A stretch of DNA of 64,000 nucleotides from an uncultured Armatimonadetes bacterium (lineage in GTDB: Bacteria; Armatimonadota; Hebobacteria; Hebobacterales; Hebobacteraceae), in contig OY970296.1 in assembly GCA_963716175.1 (NCBI GenBank), positions 3,968,001 to 4,032,000 on the forward strand, read 5' to 3'. The notes beneath the pieces are model-generated. The model was not told the DNA's origin, ran no database searches, and saw only the letters and a program-made list of their open reading frames with translations. Position 1 is the first letter of the stretch. Every line of letters starts with the position of its first letter. Positions 7,839 through 15,881 of the stretch are shown here, in pieces. The position numbers and the translations under genes are program-made.

Positions 7839-9455
7839 ATGGCTACGCCCCGCCGCCCCTCACCCTCCGCTTCGCCTCGTTGGTTCCCGCTGTGCGCCGC
7901 GATCTTCTTCGCTGCCCTCATTCTCCGGCTGGGATATGCGCTGGCCCAGCCAGTCTGGACCTCGGCTGACTCCGGCTACTACGTGATGGTGGCGCGGAAC
8001 CTGTACCGCGGCCGCGGCTTCATCAGCGACTACATCTGGAACTACCTGGCAGGCCTCCCCGCGGGACTTCCCGCTCCCAGCAATGAATACTGGATGCCCG
8101 GCCAATCGGTGGTGATTGCGGCGGCCTTCGCGGTGGCGCGCTCCACCGCGCTGCGCGTGGCCCAGGTGCCCTCGCTGGTTTTCAGCGCACTGCTCTGTGC
8201 CATCACCGCCTGGATGGCAGGTCTTCTCTCCCGCCGGCGCGATGTCGCCCTGCTGGCAGGGGTGATGGCTGCAGTCTCTTTCCACCTGGCTGGGACTGCG
8301 CTCTACCCCGACCATTTCGGCCTCGCCGCCTGCCTGGCCAACCTCAGCCTGCTCGCGCTCTGGGCGGCCTGGCGGGGCTCGCCAACGCTTGCCCTGGTGG
8401 CAGGAGGGGTAGCTGGGCTGGCCTACCTGACGCGGAACGATGGCGCTCTGCTAGGGGTAGTGGCCCTGTTCCTGGCCTTCGATGTCTGGCGCAAGCGCGG
8501 CCTGCGTCCGGCGGCCGGGTACGCGCTGTGCTTCGGCGGCGCCTTCGCGCTGATCGCGGCCCCCTGGTGGGTGCGCCAGGTCGCAGTCTTCGGGCACCTG
8601 GCAGGCGCGGGGGCCCTGCGCACGGCCTACCTCACGAGCTATAACGACCTCTTCCGGCTCGACCAATCTCACCTGGATCTGAGCCATTATCTACAGACCA
8701 GCCAGACCTTCGCGGCCATGTTCAAGGGCTATGTTCTGTTCACAGAGCTGCGGCTGCTGGCGAAGGTCGTGGGTGTGGCCGGGCTGCTGGCGCTAGTGGC
8801 CCTGCGAAGAGCGGAACTGCGGCGGGAGGCGACGCCGTGGCTGGTCTACCTCGGCCTGGGACTGCTGGCTCCCGCCTTCATCGTCCCCTACCCGACTGTC
8901 AAGGGAGGTTTCTGGCATCTGATGCCAGGTCTGTGCCCGATCCTGTTCGGCCTGGGGGCAGCGGAAGCGGTTCGCATCTTCGAGTGGGGCAGACAGCAGA
9001 AGCGATCACTCCTGAAAGCGGCGGCCTGGTCCCCCGCAGTCCTGAGTCTGGCCTGGCTCCTCGCCTGGTGGGCGGCGCTGCCACAGGAGGTGGCGCGGGG
9101 GGCCTCGCCCAGCTACCCGCTGGCGGCGCGAGAGGCGGCGCGCGCCCTCCAACCACCGCTCCACGCCGCCCTCACTGACGACTGCTGGGGCCTGTACGAG
9201 GTTGCCCGAGTACCGTGCGCGCAGTTCCCTTCCGACGGCGCAGGAGCTGCGCTGCGGGTGGCCGAGGCCATCGGAGCCAACTACCTGATCACCAGAGCCG
9301 ACGCCCCGAAGCGCCTGCCGGCCATCACTGAGGTTGTCGGGCACCCCAGGTTCAGGCCCGCTGCGCGCTATCCCACCCCGGAAGGCGCAGTGTTGGTCTA
9401 CCGGATTGAGCCGCCATCGCCCTCCTCTGACAGCCGGCGCAGGATGTCCCAGTAG
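7839..9455 (+). CDS. GT-C fold (ArnT/PMT-like) membrane glycosyltransferase
   Basis: DSGYYVMVARNL..GRGF, GLAYLTRNDG, APWWVR; many TM helices. Confidence 0.85.
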   Translation: MATPRRPSPSASPRWFPLCAAIFFAALILRLGYALAQPVWTSADSGYYVMVARNLYRGRGFISDYIWNYLAGLPAGLPAPSNEYWMPGQSVVIAAAFAVARSTALRVAQVPSLVFSALLCAITAWMAGLLSRRRDVALLAGVMAAVSFHLAGTALYPDHFGLAACLANLSLLALWAAWRGSPTLALVAGGVAGLAYLTRNDGALLGVVALFLAFDVWRKRGLRPAAGYALCFGGAFALIAAPWWVRQVAVFGHLAGAGALRTAYLTSYNDLFRLDQSHLDLSHYLQTSQTFAAMFKGYVLFTELRLLAKVVGVAGLLALVALRRAELRREATPWLVYLGLGLLAPAFIVPYPTVKGGFWHLMPGLCPILFGLGAAEAVRIFEWGRQQKRSLLKAAAWSPAVLSLAWLLAWWAALPQEVARGASPSYPLAAREAARALQPPLHAALTDDCWGLYEVARVPCAQFPSDGAGAALRVAEAIGANYLITRADAPKRLPAITEVVGHPRFRPAARYPTPEGAVLVYRIEPPSPSSDSRRRMSQ

Positions 9456-10852
9456 GCGCCGCGGTACCCGCGCTTGATCGCCTCCACCAACCGCTCGTTA
9501 TCGCTGTAGTTATAGGCCTCAGTTCCCGCTTCTGCGGTGGGGAAGAAGAAGCGCTGATCGCCGCCCACCAGACCCCCGACATATGCGGCCGGGCTATCGC
9601 CGAGCGCAGATGAAAGGTAGAAGACGGGCGCGAGGAAGTCTTCGTTCTCCTCCACCGCACCCCGGAGATTCGGGTTGCTGCCCATGGGGCCCTGGCGGCG
9701 CACCCGTTCGCTCAGCGAGGTCCCATGGTAGATGCGCACGCCAAGTGAGACCCCGGCGCGGGAGGGCGAGAGGCGTTTCACCAGGTCAACGGTGGTCGCT
9801 ATGCTCTCCCGCGTTTCTCCCGGGCCCCCCAGCAGCAGGTCATACATGAAGACCAGGCCGGCCTGCCGGCAGGCGTCCGCGGTCTCCCAGAGATCGGCGG
9901 CGCGGAAGTCCCGGCCCAGCGCGGCCAGCATGCGATCATCTCCGCTGTCGGCCCCGAAGTTGACGCCCACGCAGCCCGCGCGCCGCATCTGGAGCGCCAG
10001 ATCGGGCGAGAAGTCGCCCGGCTTCGCGTAGGTATACCAGCAGGCCCGCTCACCTATGCCCCGCTGCACCAGCTCTTCGCACACCGCCAGCGCGTGGTCC
10101 GCAGGCACGTTGAACTCGCTATCGCAGAGATGGAAGTGGTCAACACCCTGGCCGAGTAGAACCTCGAACTCGTCGGCCACTTGCTTCGGGCTGCGTGGGC
10201 GCACGCGCACTCCCTTCCCCAGAGGATCGGCACAGTAGACGCAGGCGCGGTCGCAGCCGCGCTTGGTCTCGATCCCGGCCTGTCCGCCTTCAGCGAAGTA
10301 GCGCCGGTTGTCCAGCAGCACACGCGTCCGGGTGGGAAGGTCCTCCAGAGAGCCGGCCCAGGGAGCATTCGAGCGCAGCGTGCTGCCATCACGCCAGACC
10401 AGCCCGGGTACTGCGGAGAGGTCGTCCTCCCTGGTGAGCGCGTCGGCGAGCGTGGCCAAGGGTACTTCGCCGTCTCCGGCAATGCCGTAATCGGCCCCCA
10501 CGGCCGCATGAATGGCCGCGGGCGCAACTGAGTAGCCGCTGCCGCCCACTACGATCGGAACCGAGCTGTGGCGGCGGATGGCGGCGATGATCTGGGCGAA
10601 GCCCGGCAGGAAGTTATCCGCGCTGGCCAGGAAGCAGTCATCGGTGTTGCGCAGCGTCACCGCCACCAGCGCGGGCTCTCGCTGCGCCAAGGCCTGGGCG
10701 ATCGCTGCCTGGGGATCGGGCTCGAAGCAGAGGTCGAGCAGGCCCACCTCGAATCCGCGCCCCAGGAGCACGTCCGCCATGTAATCCAGGGCCAGTGGCG
10801 CCACCGCCGGGCGCAAGCGATTGGGGTTCACCAGGAGCACCTCGGGCTTCAC
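9398..10852 (-). CDS. B12-binding-domain radical SAM protein
   Basis: PLALDY, TLRNTD, VVGGSGYS, ETKRGCDRACVYCAD (CxxxCxxC), LLGGPGET. Confidence 0.93.
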   Translation of the reverse strand: MKPEVLLVNPNRLRPAVAPLALDYMADVLLGRGFEVGLLDLCFEPDPQAAIAQALAQREPALVAVTLRNTDDCFLASADNFLPGFAQIIAAIRRHSSVPIVVGGSGYSVAPAAIHAAVGADYGIAGDGEVPLATLADALTREDDLSAVPGLVWRDGSTLRSNAPWAGSLEDLPTRTRVLLDNRRYFAEGGQAGIETKRGCDRACVYCADPLGKGVRVRPRSPKQVADEFEVLLGQGVDHFHLCDSEFNVPADHALAVCEELVQRGIGERACWYTYAKPGDFSPDLALQMRRAGCVGVNFGADSGDDRMLAALGRDFRAADLWETADACRQAGLVFMYDLLLGGPGETRESIATTVDLVKRLSPSRAGVSLGVRIYHGTSLSERVRRQGPMGSNPNLRGAVEENEDFLAPVFYLSSALGDSPAAYVGGLVGGDQRFFFPTAEAGTEAYNYSDNERLVEAIKRGYRGAYWDILRRLSEEGDGGSIR

Positions 10853-11001
10853 TCAGCCCTCCTCTGCGCACAGTAGGCCGCCCACCGACAACACAGCCCG
10901 TCCCACCCAGGGAATCCAGTCGCGCCCGCCGCTCCTTCCGATGGCGGCAAAGCTGTCATCATCTCGCCACAAAAGATTCACGCAAATTGCCCACCGGCCC
11001 T

Positions 11002-11029
11002 GGAACCTTTCGGCCTCCACAGCGTCTAA
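11002..11029 (+). promoter_or_regulatory. ECF-sigma-type promoter GGAACC-N16-GTCTAA
   Basis: GGAACC 11002-11007, 16-nt spacer, GTCTAA 11024-11029. Confidence 0.6.
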
Positions 11030-11146
11030 TGCTGTAGAGTCGGAACGGGCAGGGCTGAGGGATCCAAACAACTAGATAGTGAGAGATGCGTTTCCCTGTT
11101 CGCTCCGCAATGACCTTGCCGCCCTCCCTCCTACGCCAGGGGGAAC

Positions 11147-11183
11147 TGGTGCCCCGGGGCAACCCGCCGTCCCCGGGGCACCA
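11147..11183. other. Perfect 13-bp GC hairpin without U-tract in the leader of the EEP-like gene
   Basis: TGGTGCCCCGGGG-11 nt-CCCCGGGGCACCA. Confidence 0.6.
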
Positions 11184-11219
11184 CCACATGGGGCCGCGGT
11201 TCGATAGGAGACGAGAGCC

Positions 11220-11978
11220 ATGAAGCTGAGCGCCCGGGTAGGCATCATCGCGTGCTGCGCGCTGCTGCTGCCTGCGTTCGCCGCCATCGGGGCCACCTCG
11301 CGCGTGCGCGCCGTCAGCTACACCCTGCCGGAAGACGCAATCGCGAGCCAGGAGCTGAGAGCGCTTCTGCTCTATCTCCAGCCCAACATACTGGCCCTCC
11401 ACGACGTGCCGGCCGCGGCCGCCGCCGGGAGCCAGAGCCAACTGGCCGCTCTCGCTGGGTCATTAGGAATGTACTATGCCTACCAGCCCGCCACCTCCCG
11501 GCGTGACCCCGGCTGCGCCTTGCTGTCAAGATACCCCGTTCAGAAGGTCTCTCCCCTGCCGCGGTCAGGCAATCAGTCGGTGACAGGGATGAGCGTCCAG
11601 GTCCGGGTTGGCATGGCGAGCCTGCAGGTTGCAGTGGTGCGCCCGAACTCCGACTCGGCGCGGAAGGCAGCGGTGGAAATCGTCTCCCGCTTGGTCAAGC
11701 AAGAGCCGAAGCAGCATCTGCTGTTGATGGCCTCCTTCGACCCTGGGGTAGTGATGGACACAGTCAAGGGCTGGGGGCAGGCCGGCCTTCAAGACGCGGC
11801 TGTGGCACTCAAGGACGCCCAAGCGACATTCCCTGCGGATCGGCCCACCCAACGCCTGGATTTCGTCTTGGTTTCGGCCAACTTGCGGCCCAGCCTGAAA
11901 GAGATGCGCGTGGTGCGAAACCGGGCGGCGCGCGCTCTGGGGGGACACCTGCCGGTAGAGCTCACTTTCGTGTACTGA
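11220..11978 (+). CDS. Secreted endonuclease/exonuclease/phosphatase-fold protein with degenerate active site
   Basis: Signal peptide; PNILALHDV, ALLSRYP, ATFPA..P..RLDFVLVS, GGHLPV; SD AGGAG. Confidence 0.8.
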   Translation: MKLSARVGIIACCALLLPAFAAIGATSRVRAVSYTLPEDAIASQELRALLLYLQPNILALHDVPAAAAAGSQSQLAALAGSLGMYYAYQPATSRRDPGCALLSRYPVQKVSPLPRSGNQSVTGMSVQVRVGMASLQVAVVRPNSDSARKAAVEIVSRLVKQEPKQHLLLMASFDPGVVMDTVKGWGQAGLQDAAVALKDAQATFPADRPTQRLDFVLVSANLRPSLKEMRVVRNRAARALGGHLPVELTFVY

Positions 11979-12103
11979 CCACCCGGGGATCGCGAGCTGC
12001 GCCCCGGAGACAGCGACCACATGGCTTGCCTACCGTGGTTACAATCCGGATGCGACCATCTGGCCTTGCCCTGGATTTGTGGAATAAGGGCCTGTGCGGC
12101 CGC

Positions 12104-12180
12104 GAGCAGTGGGCTGTCTCGGATGGTCGTATCAGCTTTCGCAGGGGGCTCCCGACCGTCTCCGAGACAGCCCGCTGCTC
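12104..12180. other. Long intergenic hairpin (20-bp basal stem plus 6-bp upper stem)
   Basis: GAGCAGTGGGCTGTCTCGGA / TCCGAGACAGCCCGCTGCTC with one G-U pair. Confidence 0.65.
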
Positions 12181-12524
12181 TTCGCGTCTGTACCGGAGGC
12201 CCGCCATCCGGCGCTACCGGCTGAGGTGATGATACCGCCTTCTGCAGGCTCTGGCAGCGTGTTGGCGCGGTAGCGGACGAATCCCGAGAGGCGGCGAGAG
12301 AGCACCCGGCCTTGACCGAACCCTGGGATTGTGGTAAGAAGACGGCCGTTGTAGGGGCGAGGGTGGCCCTCACTGTTCTAGCTAGACTATCACTGTTTCC
12401 AGCCTAGCATCGCAGCAGCACTCCCACGGCAGTGACCACGCAGGAGCACCTGGTCCGGCCATGACAGCAGCCGGAAACCAAGGTCGGCGAACGCGCGCGT
12501 CGGCCGGTCTGGAGCCTAGCTGTG

Positions 12525-13334
12525 ATGCGAACCTACTCGCTAGCACCAGTGGTGGCGGCAGCGTCTCTGCTGCTCGCGGTCGGCCTGGGAGTGCGGCCGC
12601 CCGCAGCCGCGCCAACTTCGGCCGTGACGGTGCTGGTTGACGGCAAGACGCTTTCGCTGCCCACCTCCGCCGCCACCGTGGCGGGTGTTCTTGCAGAGGT
12701 CGGGATCTCCCTGCATCCGCTGGACCGCACCGCGCCTGCGCCCGACAGGCCGGTTGCCGACGGCATGGAGGTGCGCGTCACCCGGGTAACCCGCCACCAT
12801 CACACCGAGGAGGTGACGGTGCCGGCGCCGAGCCTGGTGTTGGGCGATCCGGAACTCCCCGCGGGCTTCACCCAGGTGCTCGAACACGGGCGCGACGGCC
12901 GCGTGCGGCGCGTGGTGCGGATCTGGGAGAAGGATGGGCAGGCGACCAGACGTGAGGTGATCGAGGAGCGAGTGCTGACTGCGGCGCGGGAGACGGTCGT
13001 GCTGCGCGGCACCCAAGGCCTGCCCAGCCGGGGAGGCGACTGGCGCCGGCCCCTCCGGATGCACGCCACCGCCTATGACCCCGGCCCGCGGAGCTGCGGC
13101 AAGTACGCCTCCGGCTACACCGCGATCGGGCTGAAGGCGGAGAAAGGCGTGGTAGCGGTGGACGATCGCGTGATCCCGATGGGGACCCGCCTCTATATCC
13201 CCGGGTACGGCTTCGCCGTCGCTGGGGATCGGGGAAGCGCGATCAAAGGCCACCGGATTGATCTCTGTTTCGCCACCTACACAGAAGCGCGGCAGTGGGG
13301 GCGGCGACCGGTCAAGGTCTACCTGCTCGACTAA
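12525..13334 (+). CDS. YabE/RpfB-like cell-wall protein (DUF348 + G5 + 3D domains)
   Basis: Signal peptide; TVAGVLAEVGI.L..LD; G5 G..G; ATAY..TAIG..GVVAVDDRVIPMGTRLYIPGYG..AGDRGSAIKGHRIDL. Confidence 0.93.
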   Translation: MRTYSLAPVVAAASLLLAVGLGVRPPAAAPTSAVTVLVDGKTLSLPTSAATVAGVLAEVGISLHPLDRTAPAPDRPVADGMEVRVTRVTRHHHTEEVTVPAPSLVLGDPELPAGFTQVLEHGRDGRVRRVVRIWEKDGQATRREVIEERVLTAARETVVLRGTQGLPSRGGDWRRPLRMHATAYDPGPRSCGKYASGYTAIGLKAEKGVVAVDDRVIPMGTRLYIPGYGFAVAGDRGSAIKGHRIDLCFATYTEARQWGRRPVKVYLLD

Positions 13335-13354
13335 GAGCCTGTCTGCGACATCCG

Positions 13355-13424
13355 GTAGGGCAGGTCCGCGACCTGCCCAGGCGGTCATGGGCTTGTCCGC
13401 CTCCGGCGGGTATGCCCGCCCTAC
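13355..13424. repeat. Inverted REP doublet between convergent genes
   Basis: GTAGGGCAGGTCCGCGACCTGCCC (13355-13378) and GGCGGGTATGCCCGCCCTAC ending at 13424. Confidence 0.8.
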
Positions 13425-13448
13425 AGCTACGGTTACGGTCCCCGAGGC

Positions 13449-13889
13449 TCAGATCTTGAACTCGATCACGGCCGAGATGCCCACGCCTTTCGCCCGCTCC
13501 GGGGTGCCGGCCGCTTTCTCAACATAGGTCGGGATGAAGATGCGGGGTCGGAAGCTGCCGATGCGGCCCTCTACCTGGAACACCGCCTTCACCCGCCTCA
13601 CGCTCTCGGGGCTCCCCACGACTTGGGCGGCGCCGATGTAGCCGCCTCCTCCCAGGGAGAGGATGGGCACCACCTTGGTCGCGCCCACGGCGGCGGCGCC
13701 GCGCTCCCCCAGCGCGCTGGTGACAAAGTGGTCTATCTTGCCGCCGTACTGGCTGACCAGGAAGCCGATGCCCAGCACCTTGACGATGTTGCCGAGATCG
13801 AGCGCCCAGGCCGCGGTCCCAGCCACCGAGAGACAGAGCAGGACGACGAGCAAGAGCGAAGCTGTGCGGGATCTGTCAATTCTCATCAC
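13449..13889 (-). CDS. Secreted hypothetical protein (paralog 1)
   Basis: Signal peptide; ATKVVPILSLGGGGYIGAAQVVGSPESVRRVKAV; SD GGAGGAG. Confidence 0.85.
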   Translation of the reverse strand: MMRIDRSRTASLLLVVLLCLSVAGTAAWALDLGNIVKVLGIGFLVSQYGGKIDHFVTSALGERGAAAVGATKVVPILSLGGGGYIGAAQVVGSPESVRRVKAVFQVEGRIGSFRPRIFIPTYVEKAAGTPERAKGVGISAVIEFKI

Positions 13890-13905
13890 TCTCCTCCCCT
13901 TCCCC

Positions 13906-14400
13906 TCAGAACTTGACCAGCCGGATATCGCCGGTGGCCCATACGCTCACCCCCTGGACGCGATCCAGCTTGGTCAGGCTGATGGTGGAAACCGGGATGT
14001 AGGCATAGATGCGGGCGAGATTCTGGAAGTTGAGTCGCAGCTCGGCCACGCCTTTGACCTTCGCCACCTGGGCCGGCGGCCCCGCGATCTGGGCCGCGCC
14101 CACGTAGACGCCGCCGCTCTCCAGGCTGAAGATCGGCACCCACTTCTGAGCCGTGCCCGTCCAGTCCACCTCGTCTGCCGCCGCGGGCTTCGCATCCCCG
14201 GCGGCTGGTGGGGCCTCGGCAGCAGTCTCCTCTACATAGCTGGACACGGAGGTCGCCAGCTCGCTCAACAGGCTGCTCTCGATCTGAGCCGGCGCGGGCC
14301 GCTTGCCCATGCCGGCCGCGGCCGAGAACGCGGCCGCCGCCGCGAGCAGGGCCAGGAGAATGGCGACCATGACAACCGGCAGCTTCACGCGTTGCCTCAT
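13906..14400 (-). CDS. Secreted hypothetical protein (paralog 2)
   Basis: ATG 14400 with SD AAGGAG; signal peptide; QKWVPIFSLESGGVYVGAAQIAGPPAQVAKVKGV. Confidence 0.85.
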   Translation of the reverse strand: MRQRVKLPVVMVAILLALLAAAAAFSAAAGMGKRPAPAQIESSLLSELATSVSSYVEETAAEAPPAAGDAKPAAADEVDWTGTAQKWVPIFSLESGGVYVGAAQIAGPPAQVAKVKGVAELRLNFQNLARIYAYIPVSTISLTKLDRVQGVSVWATGDIRLVKF

Positions 14401-14433
14401 CTGGTCAGGCTCCTTGTCTCTGAGTTGGGCACC

Positions 14434-14461
14434 ATTATACCTGACTGGCGAGGAAGCACAA
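14434..14461 (-). promoter_or_regulatory. Sigma70-type promoter for the paralog pair
   Basis: Minus strand TTGTGC-N16-TATAAT. Confidence 0.5.
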
Positions 14462-14528
14462 AGCGCGAAGCCAACAAGCGTCAGCGCGTGTGTTGCCCTT
14501 GTGCCATCGCGCGCACGCAGCGGCGCGG

Positions 14529-14583
14529 TGGCTAGGCCGGCCGGGCCGACCGGCACCCCGGCCCGGCTTGGGCGGGCCTAGGG
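14529..14583 (+). repeat. TGGCTAGGCCG..GGCCTAGGG hairpin repeat
   Basis: Close match to the reverse complement of 17507-17554. Confidence 0.65.
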
Positions 14584-14636
14584 GCAGGGAGCCAGCATCC
14601 GGGAGGGGAATCCCACCGACAGGAAGGCACCCGACA

Positions 14637-15323
14637 GTGGCCCCGCGCGATCCATTCTCTGGTCTGACGCGAGCGACCTTGCCCGAGTATCAGTGCCAGC
14701 TTCTGCGTCCAGGCCGTGGCAGCCGGCCGGACCTGCTGCTGATTGAGGACCACGGGCAGCGCGCGGTGGTGAAGGACTATCGAGAGAGCGGTTGGTTGAT
14801 GCGTTCCCTGGTCGGGCCGTGGCTGATCGGCCGCGAGGAGCGCACCTACCGCCTGCTGGAGGGCACCCCCGGAGTGCCACGCCTGTGGGGCCGGCTGGAT
14901 CGCTGGGCCCTCATGGTAGAGCACATCGAGGGCCGCAACTGCGCGGACTTCGCCGACGGGGAGCTGCCGGCCGGGTTTTTCGATCAGCTCAGGGTGGTGG
15001 TGGAGGCGATGCACGCGCGGGGCGTGGTGCACTGCGACATCAAGAACCGGGCCAACATCGTGGTGACCGATGGGGGGCAGCCCTATGTGCTGGATTTCGC
15101 CTCCGCCTTCACCCGCGGAAGCCGGCTCAACCCGCTGCGCGCATTCGTGTTCGAGCGCTTCCGCCTCGACGACTTGCGCGGCGTGATGAAGGCCAGGCTG
15201 CTGGTGGGCCAGCTCTGGAACCAGCCTGATGCCGACTTCGCCTTCCGCCGCGGGCCGCTGGAGCGCGCAGTGCGAGCGGCGCGGAACCTCGCCCGCGCCG
15301 CCTTCAAGCTGATGGCGCGATGA
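14637..15323 (+). CDS. Protein-kinase-like (RIO/Kdo-type) kinase
   Basis: VVKDY, REERTY, GVPRL, MEHIEG-like, HARGVVHCDIKNRANI, LDFASA; start GTG is uncertain. Confidence 0.85.
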   Translation: MAPRDPFSGLTRATLPEYQCQLLRPGRGSRPDLLLIEDHGQRAVVKDYRESGWLMRSLVGPWLIGREERTYRLLEGTPGVPRLWGRLDRWALMVEHIEGRNCADFADGELPAGFFDQLRVVVEAMHARGVVHCDIKNRANIVVTDGGQPYVLDFASAFTRGSRLNPLRAFVFERFRLDDLRGVMKARLLVGQLWNQPDADFAFRRGPLERAVRAARNLARAAFKLMAR

Positions 15324-15351
15324 CGGCCCGTCGGTGGGACGGGAGGAGAGG

Positions 15352-15873
15352 ATGGAGCGAAAGGTTGACTCTCTCACCATCCGCCTGGTGTCGGGAGACA
15401 TCTGCGAGCGCGACGTGGACGCCATCGTCAACGCCGCCAACAACCGGCTCTGGATGGGAGGGGGTGTGGCCGGCGCCATCAAGCGGCGCGGGGGCCGCGA
15501 AATCGAGGCCGAGGCCACGGCGCAGGGGCCGATCCCGATTGGAGAGTCGGTGGTCACAGGCGCGGGGAAGCTGAAGGCGCGGCATGTGATTCACGCCGCG
15601 GTGATGGGGGCCGACCTCGCTACCAACGCCGACTACATCCGCAGGGCCACGCTCAGCGCGCTCGCTCGCGCCAGGGACCTGGGTCTGCGGAGCATCGCTC
15701 TCCCGGCCCTCGGCACCGGTGTGGGCGCCTTCCCTCTCACCGAGTGCGCTCGCATCATGCATGAGGCTGTACTCGCACATGCCAAAGGCGGGACGACCCT
15801 GGAGGCAGTCGAGTTTGTGCTCTTCGGCCGCGAGGCCTACCAGGCCTTTGCGGCAGTGTTGGGCCTGGAGTGA
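15352..15873 (+). CDS. Macro-domain (ADP-ribose-binding/hydrolase) protein
   Basis: GDI..DAIVNAAN..L.MGGGVAGAI, VIHAAVM, SIALPALGTGVG. Confidence 0.95.
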   Translation: MERKVDSLTIRLVSGDICERDVDAIVNAANNRLWMGGGVAGAIKRRGGREIEAEATAQGPIPIGESVVTGAGKLKARHVIHAAVMGADLATNADYIRRATLSALARARDLGLRSIALPALGTGVGAFPLTECARIMHEAVLAHAKGGTTLEAVEFVLFGREAYQAFAAVLGLE

Positions 15874-15881
15874 GGTGGAGC

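Noticed and set aside
12260-12400. c-di-AMP (ydaO) riboswitch upstream of the 3D/G5 gene
   Set aside because: Only GAATCC..AGG and GTAGGG fragments; the GGAAC, GGGG..AAT and CCCG.CAGCTAAC blocks are not recognisable.
12440-12485. SRP-RNA-like stem (GGTCCGG..GCAGC)
   Set aside because: Lacks the CAGG..GNRA..AGCAG domain IV arrangement.
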